Assembly: GCA_030867685.1 (NCBI GenBank)
Contig: JAQOWU010000008.1
Coordinates: 3,906,001 to 3,970,000, forward strand
Direction of reading: 5' to 3'
From: Wickerhamiella versatilis
Lineage: Eukaryota
Length of the DNA: 64,000 bases
The stretch's first letter is position 1. Each line of letters opens with the position of its first letter. The position numbers were made by a program, and so were the translations under genes. Shown here one piece after another: positions 1 through 9,984 of this stretch. Under the pieces are notes generated by a model, which did not search any database, had not been told where the DNA came from, and was given only the letters and a program-made list of their open reading frames with translations.

Positions 1-3000
1 GAAGAGGGATGGCTTCTTGAGCAGTGCCAAAATATGGAAACACCAGAATTGGATGCCCAGCAATTGTACACGATAATAATAAACCTTATATCTGGTGACT
101 CTGGCATGGAAGAACTGCAATCGTTGTTGGTTGACATAGTTGGATTCGACAAACTGGAATTTGTGGCAGAGTTACTGAGCCGACGTTCCAACCTGAAAGA
201 ATGCAGCACCAACTCAAGTATAGGACTTTCACGGCGGAGCCGTGAAGTTCAAATCCGAGATAATCAGCATGCAGCTGCAATTCGGAATGCAACTTTACCA
301 CAGCACGTCGCAGATCCTCACTATCCTCATGTGTATCGAAAACATGCAGCAGGAAATACAATTAGCTTTAATGGAATGAAATATGCCCTTCCAGTTGGTA
401 CTGAGCGAGAATCTTTCGAAAATTTCGAAGAGGTTCGGATACCTGCTCCCAGTCCGGACACAAGCTATCATCCAAAACAACTTGTTCCAATAGCTGATCT
501 TGATGACCTATTTCAAGTGACATTTTCACGTTATTCACATCTCAACAAGGTCCAATCACTGGTTTATCCGATTGGATATGGCACAAATGAAAATATGTTG
601 ATATGTGCACCAACTGGTGCCGGAAAGACCGATGTTGCCTTGATAACAATTTTGAATACAATAAGGCAACATAGTATACAGGAGGAGGATGGCAGCTGGA
701 CTGTCGATAGAGATGATTTCAAGATTGTTTATGTGGCTCCACTTAAGGCTCTTGCAGCTGAAATAGTAGAGAAAATGGCTTCAAGACTATCTTGGCTGCG
801 TATTCGTGTACGTGAGTTGACTGGTGATATGCAGCTTACCCGAGCAGAAATAGCTGAAACACAGATAATAGTGACCACACCGGAAAAATGGGATGTTGTA
901 ACGCGTAAATCAACTGATGACAATGGCTTAGCTACAATGGTAAAACTTCTTATCATTGATGAGGTACATTTGCTTCACGAAGACCGTGGAGCTGTCATTG
1001 AAAGTCTTGTGGCTAGGACACTAAGACAAGTTGAATCGCAACAGTCGATGATTCGCATAATTGGCTTATCTGCAACTTTGCCGAATTTCGTGGATGTCTC
1101 TGAATTCCTTAACGTTAATCCTCAAAAAGGGCTGTTTTATTTCGATTCTAGTTTCCGCCCTGTACCCTTGGAACAGATCTATGTTGGCGTAAAAGGAAAG
1201 GCAGGGTCTCGAGAAGCAGTAGCAAATACAGACGAATCCGCATTCAGACATCTAGTTGAGCAGTTAAGACAAGACCGCCAAGTTATGGTATTTGTACATT
1301 CACGCAAGGAAACTGTGAAAAGTGCGCGAACTTTTATGAGAAAGGCACAAGAAGAAGCGTTGACGGAGCTATTTGATTCTCCCCAGAAGGAGAATTGGCA
1401 GCGAGAACTATCAACGAATAAGAATAAAGACATGCAAGAATTGTTTCAATTTGGGTTTGGTGTGCACCATGCTGGTATGAGCCGTTCGGAGAGGAACTTA
1501 ACTGAAAAACTTTTCAGCACTGGTGCAGTGAAAGTGCTTTGCTGTACTGCTACTCTCGCTTGGGGTGTAAATCTTCCAGCTGCTTGCGTTATTATCAAGG
1601 GTACTCAAGTTTACGATGCGAAACATGGTGGTTTTGTAGATCTTGGTATTTCCGACGTGATACAAATATTTGGGCGTGCTGGGCGTCCTCAATTTGAGAA
1701 ATTCGGTACGGGTATACTTGTGACGTCCAGTGATCGCCTCGATCATTACCTAGGTGCTGTAACTCATCAATATCCAATCGAAAGTAGATTGCAAGCAAGA
1801 TTGGCAGACACTTTAAATGCCGAAATTGCCCTAGGTACTGTCGCCAACATTGATGAGGGCGTCCAGTGGCTTGGTTATACATACCTTCATGTTCGAACGA
1901 GACATGCCCCACAGACATATGGACTTTTACCACGAGACATTGAAGAAGATACGACTTTAGTTTTGCACCGTCAAAAGCTTATCCGAGATGCCGCAAGACG
2001 CCTTGCAGAAGTCCAAATGATAATATTTGATGAGGAAGATGGCCAGTTCGTTGCCAAAGATGCTGGCCGAATAGCTAGTGATTTCTATTTGCAGAATGAA
2101 TCTATCGAAGTATTCAACGAGAACATAGCAGCAGTGGCTAGTGATCAAGCTGTCCTCGCGACAGTAAGCAAATCAGGGGAATTCGATGGAATTAAGAGTC
2201 GACAGGAGGAACAGGAGGAACTTGAAAAAGTTGCTCGGAAAGCGCCTATAGCGATAAAGTCAGGTGTTGATTCGGCAGAGGGCAAAACTAATGTTCTTAT
2301 CCAATCTTGGATCCAGCAAGTTGCATTTAAGGATACATCGCTTGGGAGTGATTTGAATTATGTGGCTCAAAACAGTGCGCGAATTGTTCGCGCCTTTTTC
2401 CTATTAGCACTTTCCCGTCGCTGGGGAGGTCTAGCGCAACGGGTACTCTCATTGGATAAGTCTATCAATCGGCGCCTAGGAGCTGATCGACATCCATTAC
2501 TTCAGTTTGAGTTGCAAACCCCTATTATGCGGCAACTAGAAAGCAAGCGGCCTGCGATAGAGGACATGAAAGTCATGTCGGCAAATGAAATTGGTGATCT
2601 AGTCCATAACCAAGGTATGGGTTCACGCCTCGCTCGTTTCGTTTCATGGTTTCCACTAGTAACAATTTTAGATGCCGATGTACGGCCAATTACTTCTAAC
2701 GTTGTTGTCATCGATCTTAAACTGGCAGCAAATTTTGTTTGGGATTTCCACACGCATCACAAAGCTCAATACTTCTGGATTTGGGTCATGGAGGACAGTG
2801 AAAGAGCTGAGATCCTACACACAGAACGTCTGATTATAAGCAAGTCAACCTGCGGTAATACGCATTCGTTCCAATTTGCAGTTCCAGTGCCTAAACACAC
2901 AGAGCAACTAGTCGTTAAAGTGGAAAGTGATCAATGGATTGGCGCTGAAAGCTGGGCACCCCTGTCATTTCGCCATTTGGTAGAACCTCAAACACAGCCC

Positions 3001-5379
3001 ATCCGTACTGATCTGCTCAGGTTAAGGCCACTCCCTGTATCTGCATTGAACAACCCAAAACTTGAATCCTACTATGCTAAAAGGTTCTCCTTTTTCAATC
3101 CAATGCAAACTATGGTTTTCCATAGTATGTATAATGAAAAGACTTCAGTGCTGCTTGGTAGCCCCACCGGTTCTGGAAAAACCATAGCAGCGGAGCTGGC
3201 TGTTTGGGGAGCTTTCAGAGACAATCCTAAGGCAAAGGTGGTTTACATTGCACCGATGAAGGCGTTGGTTCGCGAGCGTGTTCAAGATTGGAAGCACGGA
3301 ATTTGTAAAGCTCGTGGGCTTCAACTAGTTGAGCTCACTGGAGATACAAATCCTGGCAGGGCAGCTCTTGAGCGTGCTAACATCATTGTCACGACACCAG
3401 AAAAATTCGACGGTGTAAGTAGGAGCTGGCACACCCGTCGTTTCGTACAGCAAGTTGCATTGGTGATTATGGATGAAGTTCACTTGCTAGCTTCTGATCG
3501 TGGAGCCATCCTCGAAATGATTGTGAGTAGAATGAATTATATGCGGCAAGTTACAAACCACCAAATTCGTCTCTTAGGTATGTCAACCGCAGTAGCAAAC
3601 GCGGGTGATTTGGCCGGATGGTTAGGCGTGGAGGACAACACAGGCCTATTCAATTTCCCACCAAGTGTCCGACCAGTTCCTTTGGAAATGTACATAGATG
3701 GATTTCCAGATAATCTGGGATTTTCCCCATTCATGAAACAGATGAACCGGCCTGCATTTTTGGCTATTAAGCGCCATTCACCTTCCAAACCTGTTCTTAT
3801 TTTCGTTCCATCGCGCCGGCAAACGAGACTTACGGCACAAGACCTGATTTATTTCTGTGGTAATGAGGAAAACCCACGTAGGTTTTTACTCATGGATGAC
3901 CGGGAGCTTTCTGAAGCTTTGGAAAAAGTGCACGATGAGACGCTCAAACTATGTCTGCAATTCGGAATCGCGATTCATCATGCAGGGTTGGTGGATGAAG
4001 ACCGTTCGATTGCACACAAACTTTTTTCAGAGGGAAAGGTCCAGGTACTAGTGGCCACCTCCACATTGGCATGGGGAGTGAATCTACCGGCTTACCTTGT
4101 CATTGTGAAAGGCACTCAGTTCTTTGATGGCAAGATAGAGAAATATCGTGACATGGATCTTACTGACGTGTTACAGATGATGGGTAGAGCCGGGAGACCT
4201 TCATTTGATACTTCAGGGGTTTCTGTTGTGTTTACGAAACAATCTACCAAACAATTTTACAAATATTTTTTGAATATCGGCTTTCCAGTAGAAAGCTCAT
4301 TGCATAAATTTTTGGATGATCATATAGGAGCTGAAATCGCCAGTGGCACCGTCAAGATGCGCCAGGATGCCATGGATTTCCTCCAACGCACATTCTTATT
4401 TCGTCGCGTTCATGCCAACCCCACTTATTATGGAGTAGAGCCAGGAAAAATTAATGATTGGCTGGTAGAAAGGGTGGATGATTGTCTTTCGGAATTGGAG
4501 CAATCACATTGTCTTGTAAGGACGCCAGGGAGCGGTGGCCATATTTCACTTGGACCATCACCGTTTCTTCGGATAACATCTTTTTATTATATTAGCCACA
4601 AAACAATGAGGATGTTTTTGCAACGAATCAAACCCCAGATGTCCGAGTCACAAATATTGCAATGCTTGGCACTAGCTCATGAGTATGACGAACTATCTAT
4701 TCGACACAACGAAGATATTTTCAATTCAGAACTTTCAAAGAATCTAATGTATCCTGGAGAAACATTAGGACTTCCGATGGTGGATCCCCACGTTAAAGCT
4801 TTCCTATTATTGCAGGCTCGAATGGTTCGGGTTGGACTACCAGTTGAAGACTATATTCAGGACACAGTAGCTGTGTTGGATCAGGCCATACGTATTCTGC
4901 AGGCAATAATCGATACATCTGCCCAAAAAGGCTACCTTGAAACGGTGGTAATGTGTATTCGAATTCTGAGGGCTGTTAAGCAAGGTTGTCGGGTTGATGA
5001 TAACATGATTTGTCTCCTTCCTGGACTTCACAATCGTCAAGTCCATGCTACTCTTCGTGACGTTCGGGTTGAAGATATGAAAGAGCTGAAGATCCCTTCG
5101 CGTCACCAGAAAGCATTTTCACAGGTCGTTCGTAACCTACCCCGTGTGAGCTTGTCCCATGATGTTGGTGCCCAGATAGTACCGAAAAACCGACCAGTCT
5201 ATTGTCCTTATTTTGCAAAGCCTCAGGTAGAGAGTTGGTTTGTGATATATATTGTAGAGGGTAAAATCAAATCCCTACAACGTGCCCAGAAGGAGCGAAC
5301 GATTGCCAAACCTTCAACAGGCACAGTCATGATAATGAATGATACTCTGGATATCGACTACTCAATTAGTAGCTCATAA
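1..5379 (+). CDS. SLH1: Ski2-like/Brr2-family helicase Slh1 (Rqt2/ASCC3-like), probably 5'-truncated by the window edge
   Basis: Two DExH helicase cassettes (APTGAGKT/DEVH and SPTGSGKT/DEVH), each followed by a Sec63 region. The frame is open from base 1 to the ATG at 34, so the true start is likely upstream. Confidence 0.9.
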   Translation, partial: EEGWLLEQCQNMETPELDAQQLYTIIINLISGDSGMEELQSLLVDIVGFDKLEFVAELLSRRSNLKECSTNSSIGLSRRSREVQIRDNQHAAAIRNATLPQHVADPHYPHVYRKHAAGNTISFNGMKYALPVGTERESFENFEEVRIPAPSPDTSYHPKQLVPIADLDDLFQVTFSRYSHLNKVQSLVYPIGYGTNENMLICAPTGAGKTDVALITILNTIRQHSIQEEDGSWTVDRDDFKIVYVAPLKALAAEIVEKMASRLSWLRIRVRELTGDMQLTRAEIAETQIIVTTPEKWDVVTRKSTDDNGLATMVKLLIIDEVHLLHEDRGAVIESLVARTLRQVESQQSMIRIIGLSATLPNFVDVSEFLNVNPQKGLFYFDSSFRPVPLEQIYVGVKGKAGSREAVANTDESAFRHLVEQLRQDRQVMVFVHSRKETVKSARTFMRKAQEEALTELFDSPQKENWQRELSTNKNKDMQELFQFGFGVHHAGMSRSERNLTEKLFSTGAVKVLCCTATLAWGVNLPAACVIIKGTQVYDAKHGGFVDLGISDVIQIFGRAGRPQFEKFGTGILVTSSDRLDHYLGAVTHQYPIESRLQARLADTLNAEIALGTVANIDEGVQWLGYTYLHVRTRHAPQTYGLLPRDIEEDTTLVLHRQKLIRDAARRLAEVQMIIFDEEDGQFVAKDAGRIASDFYLQNESIEVFNENIAAVASDQAVLATVSKSGEFDGIKSRQEEQEELEKVARKAPIAIKSGVDSAEGKTNVLIQSWIQQVAFKDTSLGSDLNYVAQNSARIVRAFFLLALSRRWGGLAQRVLSLDKSINRRLGADRHPLLQFELQTPIMRQLESKRPAIEDMKVMSANEIGDLVHNQGMGSRLARFVSWFPLVTILDADVRPITSNVVVIDLKLAANFVWDFHTHHKAQYFWIWVMEDSERAEILHTERLIISKSTCGNTHSFQFAVPVPKHTEQLVVKVESDQWIGAESWAPLSFRHLVEPQTQPIRTDLLRLRPLPVSALNNPKLESYYAKRFSFFNPMQTMVFHSMYNEKTSVLLGSPTGSGKTIAAELAVWGAFRDNPKAKVVYIAPMKALVRERVQDWKHGICKARGLQLVELTGDTNPGRAALERANIIVTTPEKFDGVSRSWHTRRFVQQVALVIMDEVHLLASDRGAILEMIVSRMNYMRQVTNHQIRLLGMSTAVANAGDLAGWLGVEDNTGLFNFPPSVRPVPLEMYIDGFPDNLGFSPFMKQMNRPAFLAIKRHSPSKPVLIFVPSRRQTRLTAQDLIYFCGNEENPRRFLLMDDRELSEALEKVHDETLKLCLQFGIAIHHAGLVDEDRSIAHKLFSEGKVQVLVATSTLAWGVNLPAYLVIVKGTQFFDGKIEKYRDMDLTDVLQMMGRAGRPSFDTSGVSVVFTKQSTKQFYKYFLNIGFPVESSLHKFLDDHIGAEIASGTVKMRQDAMDFLQRTFLFRRVHANPTYYGVEPGKINDWLVERVDDCLSELEQSHCLVRTPGSGGHISLGPSPFLRITSFYYISHKTMRMFLQRIKPQMSESQILQCLALAHEYDELSIRHNEDIFNSELSKNLMYPGETLGLPMVDPHVKAFLLLQARMVRVGLPVEDYIQDTVAVLDQAIRILQAIIDTSAQKGYLETVVMCIRILRAVKQGCRVDDNMICLLPGLHNRQVHATLRDVRVEDMKELKIPSRHQKAFSQVVRNLPRVSLSHDVGAQIVPKNRPVYCPYFAKPQVESWFVIYIVEGKIKSLQRAQKERTIAKPSTGTVMIMNDTLDIDYSISSS

Positions 5380-5632
5380 ATATTTAAATTAGCAGAGCAA
5401 AATATGATTTGGTTTAGCCAATAGGACTTCCTTTAAGCTTCGCATTAGGGTACCTACCTGCAAAGTCAAAAAAGCCAGCACACTACACTGTACAACAATT
5501 AAATTACACTGTGCGTGTAAAAAAGCGATCGCTCTAGTATTATCTAGAACATTAAAAATGACAAAATATATGTGAAGATTATAACACCAACATATGGATA
5601 TAAAGTTCCTATTAACTGTATATTAAAGACAT

Positions 5633-8566
5633 CTAATCCATCTCCTCCGCATTAGCTGTCTTGGTAGCGATGGTATAGCGACCAACACCATGCTCATCGG
5701 TCTCATGCTCAATGGCAAGACGCGACAGACGAGCAACCAAGTTCTCGAGCTTAGCGTCGGCTTGAGAGCGCTGTTGACGACCAAGATCCTGCAGACCAGG
5801 GAAACGGTTGAGAATGAAGGCGGCGACAGCAATTACAATAGTGACGAACAAGGAGTACAGCCAGACGATGACGACTGTAACTACATCGGTCCAGCCATCA
5901 GAAGTCTCATCGAACAAGTCGAGAGGGTTCGTCTCCAAAGAGGAGCCTGGTCCAGACAACCAACCGAAAAGACAGAAGATGGTTGAAATGACATCCACAC
6001 CGAGAATGGCACCAACCAACTCCCACGAGGGGTAGGTCTGACCACCACGGGTAACAAAGATCAACCAGTTTTCAGTCAACGACACCTCAAGGAAAATGAT
6101 TTCCTGAATGGAACCATAGTTGGAGACGAATGCACCGTTTGGAAGGTACAGCATGGAGCGCATGACCCAGGTACCGAGTGCAAGGAGCAAACCAAGCAGC
6201 GAAGAGACAACCCAGATCTTAGGGAGCTGCCACTCGACAGGGCGGGGTTCGTAATGAGCATTGTCATAAGCAATAGCAAGAGTTGCAAGATCAGCGAAAA
6301 GGGCCAGGAAGACAACAAGCTCTACACGGATAGTCTCCTGGATAATAATAATGCCAGTGACAAGGTAGATCTCCAAATGCAAACAGAGGGCAATACGGTA
6401 TTGAATGTAAGCCTTCATACGCTGGAAAATCTGGCGAGCCACCTTAATGGAGTCAACGATGGTAGAGAGACCTGGGGCAATGAACACGATATCAGCAGCA
6501 GCCTGAGCAGCCTCAGTTGCACCCTCAACGGCAATACCACAGTCGGACTTCTTCAGGGATGGGGCATCGTTAACACCATCACCAGTCATAGCAGTCAAGT
6601 GTCCACGCTCCTGGAGCATCTCGACGACCTGGTACTTGTGCTCAGGGAATACCTCAGCGAAACCATCGGCCTTCTCAACCAGGTCATGCTGCAAAGCACC
6701 AGTGAGACCACCATGCACAAGACGATCAGAGTTGTAAACCTTGGTACCGAGGGCAAGCATCTTACAGGTTTCCTTGGCAATAGCAATGGCATCACCAGTA
6801 AGCATCTTAACGGAGAGACCAAGGTGCTGAGCCTCAACGATGGTCTGAGCGGTATCATCACGAGGGGGATCGAAAAGAGAGATCATACCAAGTAGCTGCC
6901 AGTCCTCGTCACCCTTCTTGACGGCAACACCGAGAGAACGGAAACCACGGGAAGCGAATTCACGGGCCTTGTCACTGTAAAGCTGAGCGACCTCTGGGCT
7001 GCATGAAGAAAGCTTCAAGATAGCCTTAGGCGCACCCTTAGCACAAGTGTAAGTTTCACCGTTAAGCTCAGCAACAGCTGTGATACGCTTAGAGACTGGG
7101 TCGAATGGAGTGAACTGAATAGTGCGCCAGCCCTGCTGCATGATGTCAAGGGCCTTAGGGTAGCGCTTAAGAGTCAAAATGGTGATCTTGTCAATAGGAT
7201 CGAGAGCCTTGATGTTGTGAGAGGATGCAAGAGCGGCGACAGCCATCATCCAGTTGACATCGACACCCTCAGAAACGAATGGCTCACGAATAGAAAGCTT
7301 GTTAGCGGTCAAAGTACCGGTCTTATCAGAGCACAGAATGTCGACACCAGCGAGGGACTCAATGGCAGTAAGCTTTTGAACGATAGCTTGACGGTCAGCG
7401 AGATAAGCAGCACCGACAGCAAGAGTGGTGGTGGTAACAACGGGAAGACCGACTGGTACACCAACGATGAGCAGAATTAGAACAATGTGCAGCAGATTGT
7501 TACTAGAGTGTTCAGGGGTAGCAATCTTGAAGTGACGGAAGAATGCACCAATCCAAGCTGCCAAAATCCAACCGACCACAATGACCAACAGAGAAGTTCC
7601 GATAGAGTCCATGATGGCCTTGAAGTGTCCCTGGTCAGTAGCTTCCTGAACCATCGAGGCGGTCTTACCAACGAAAGTACCGACACCAGTGTTCGTGATA
7701 ATAACGTATGCCTTACCACGCTTGCAACCAGTAGTGTAATAAATGTAATCAGCCATGTACTTATCGACAGCAAGAGACTCACCGGTGATAGCAGACTGGT
7801 CAAGAGCAATGATCGAGTGACCAACCTTGCGGCCCTTGTCCTCGGCTTCATCCTCTTCGTCGTCGTCATCACCAGCGGCGGCACTAAGGTCAGAGTTGAT
7901 ATAGTCAAGGTACTCAGCGTATCCCTGAGGATTATCGTAGTCACAGATAACACGCGCATCACCAGGAACGACGGTACTTTCCTCGACAACAGCGATGTCA
8001 CCAGGAACGACCTCACGAGCAAGGATCTGTTGCTCATGTCCATCACGAACAACGGTAGCCCTCATGGCAATATCAGCCTTAAGAGAAGCGACGACATCAG
8101 CAGCCTTAGATTCCTGGTACCAACCAACGAAGGCGTTAAGCATTAGAATACCGATAATTACACCGAAATCGACCCAGTCACGAAGACCACCGGCGATAAG
8201 GACAGCGACTTCCATAACATAGAGAATAGGTCCTTTGAAGTAACCCAAAAACTGGATGAAAAAGTTAACGTGCTCACTAACGAGCTCATTATAACCGACC
8301 CTCTTCCGACGCTCGGTGACTTCGGACTCGCTGAGTCCGGACTTCAGATCAGTCGAAAGCCAGGACTCCGGGATATCATGAGAAGTAGTAGCCTGCTTTT
8401 TAGCCCAGAACTTCCACTTAGGGGGGGCTTTCTCACCCTCTTCTTCATCACCCTTAGGTTCGTGCTCGTTAGCCTCCTCACGGTAGGTGGCGACGAACTT
8501 CACCAGTCCGGCATATTCTTCAAGATTTTCTTCGACAGGTTCCTGCGTCTTTGGCTCGTCAGACAT
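5633..8566 (-). CDS. PMA1: Plasma membrane P3A-type H+-ATPase (Aspergillus PmaA-like subtype)
   Basis: CSDKTGTLT phosphorylation motif, TGES, KGAP, MLTGD, TGDGVNDAPSLKK, multiple TM helices; strong codon bias typical of a highly expressed gene. Confidence 0.96.
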   Translation of the reverse strand: MSDEPKTQEPVEENLEEYAGLVKFVATYREEANEHEPKGDEEEGEKAPPKWKFWAKKQATTSHDIPESWLSTDLKSGLSESEVTERRKRVGYNELVSEHVNFFIQFLGYFKGPILYVMEVAVLIAGGLRDWVDFGVIIGILMLNAFVGWYQESKAADVVASLKADIAMRATVVRDGHEQQILAREVVPGDIAVVEESTVVPGDARVICDYDNPQGYAEYLDYINSDLSAAAGDDDDEEDEAEDKGRKVGHSIIALDQSAITGESLAVDKYMADYIYYTTGCKRGKAYVIITNTGVGTFVGKTASMVQEATDQGHFKAIMDSIGTSLLVIVVGWILAAWIGAFFRHFKIATPEHSSNNLLHIVLILLIVGVPVGLPVVTTTTLAVGAAYLADRQAIVQKLTAIESLAGVDILCSDKTGTLTANKLSIREPFVSEGVDVNWMMAVAALASSHNIKALDPIDKITILTLKRYPKALDIMQQGWRTIQFTPFDPVSKRITAVAELNGETYTCAKGAPKAILKLSSCSPEVAQLYSDKAREFASRGFRSLGVAVKKGDEDWQLLGMISLFDPPRDDTAQTIVEAQHLGLSVKMLTGDAIAIAKETCKMLALGTKVYNSDRLVHGGLTGALQHDLVEKADGFAEVFPEHKYQVVEMLQERGHLTAMTGDGVNDAPSLKKSDCGIAVEGATEAAQAAADIVFIAPGLSTIVDSIKVARQIFQRMKAYIQYRIALCLHLEIYLVTGIIIIQETIRVELVVFLALFADLATLAIAYDNAHYEPRPVEWQLPKIWVVSSLLGLLLALGTWVMRSMLYLPNGAFVSNYGSIQEIIFLEVSLTENWLIFVTRGGQTYPSWELVGAILGVDVISTIFCLFGWLSGPGSSLETNPLDLFDETSDGWTDVVTVVIVWLYSLFVTIVIAVAAFILNRFPGLQDLGRQQRSQADAKLENLVARLSRLAIEHETDEHGVGRYTIATKTANAEEMD

Positions 8567-9984
8567 GTTCGGGTATTACTGACTTTGTCGGCCGGAGGTA
8601 ACACAAGCGTCAAAAGTTCCCAGGGGAAGGTTGGGTTCTTATATAAATGATTGGGAGTATCGCAACTGGCAACGTTACTTTTTCCAACAGGGTCGGGATG
8701 CACGTTACATAATCCATTCGGTCTGAATGGCGCACTATGATTGGCCCGGAGCGTTACTAAGTGATGCAGGCGGTCCGGACTTCCCAAGTCAGTGAACCGG
8801 AAAATGCGGTTTTTGGGGGCTATGAACGAACTTAAGATGGAAATGGTAATACTATTATTATATATTTGCAAATGTTAATAGTTTATGGGCCTAGCGACCT
8901 ACAAAATCAGTGCTTTTTCTTGTTTACACCTGTTGACCTAGGCTAGATGTCGGAGGCCTAACCCTGCTGCATAACAAAGTGCCGAATTGAGTAAGACGGA
9001 GATGACGCTATTACATCCGATTCAGCTTTGGTGTTTGTGTACCCGAAAAAACCTTTAAAATTTTCTTGTATTTCAGCCATAGATGCTATATCTAGCTTTT
9101 TTTGCTCTCATTGGCAGACTATGATGGTTTCATGTCTAGGTTAGTTCAGCATGGGAGGTTAGGGGGAATTCAGACAACCCAAATGGTCGAATATATCAAA
9201 CATAAACAAAACAAATCGCTCTTGCAATCGGTTTTCGGCAAGTCGGTGCTATTAATGTATCTATTCTTATTCATGAGGAAATTACAAGAAGATGCTGAAA
9301 TGGGAAGGTACTCGGTGATTCCCCTATAGTTATAGTCTTGCTATCTATTATTAGAGTCTCTATTGTCCGCACCGGATCAAAGTGGAAAGTGAAGGTAGTT
9401 AGTCGGAACTGCAGTTGCCGCTCTTGGATTTAATTGCCCACCAAGGCAGAAGAGAAAAACGGAATCTGTGGATACCCTCGATAAATATGCTTTATATCTA
9501 GAGAAATATATTGTATTTGGGTGCTCGAACTTTCACTTATACGTAACTTTGGCTGGCTGCAAACCTTTTGGTCGGCCCTCAAAGATAAGGGTAGGGGGAC
9601 TGAATATTTGAAGCCTTTTATCCCCCTCACATGACCACCGTAGTTTGCGGTAGAGGGGCCGAAGGTTCGAATAAAAAAGAATTTTAGCGGTCTAGAGCTC
9701 GAGTTAGATGATGTTTTTAAATGCAGGTTGCTTTTTCGATATCTAAAATGTCGCTGTCAGAAATACCTCATGTCGCACTACACCGACCAAGGCAAACCAC
9801 TTCTGCACAAGCGATTTTATTCTCGGCGTAATTTTGAATCACAAATGCAATCTGGTAGTGCCTAAGGATCTTCGAATACGCCTTGATTGTTCGTAAGATA
9901 AAAAAAAATATTACGTTGCTAATTAAGGGGTCGTGCCCTAACCCTCGAATGATGGAAAACGAAGAATAAACAGGCATTAGAGAT

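Noticed and set aside
5690-8650. Long plus-strand ORFs antisense to PMA1 (e.g. 6254-6895, 7487-8146)
   Set aside because: Expected shadow ORFs of a strongly codon-biased gene; no recognisable protein features.
9636-9675. tRNA-like A-box (GTAGTTTGCGGTAGA) and B-box (GGTTCGAAT)
   Set aside because: Spacing is too short for an anticodon arm and there is no acceptor stem or T-arm pairing; at most a relic or TFIIIC site.
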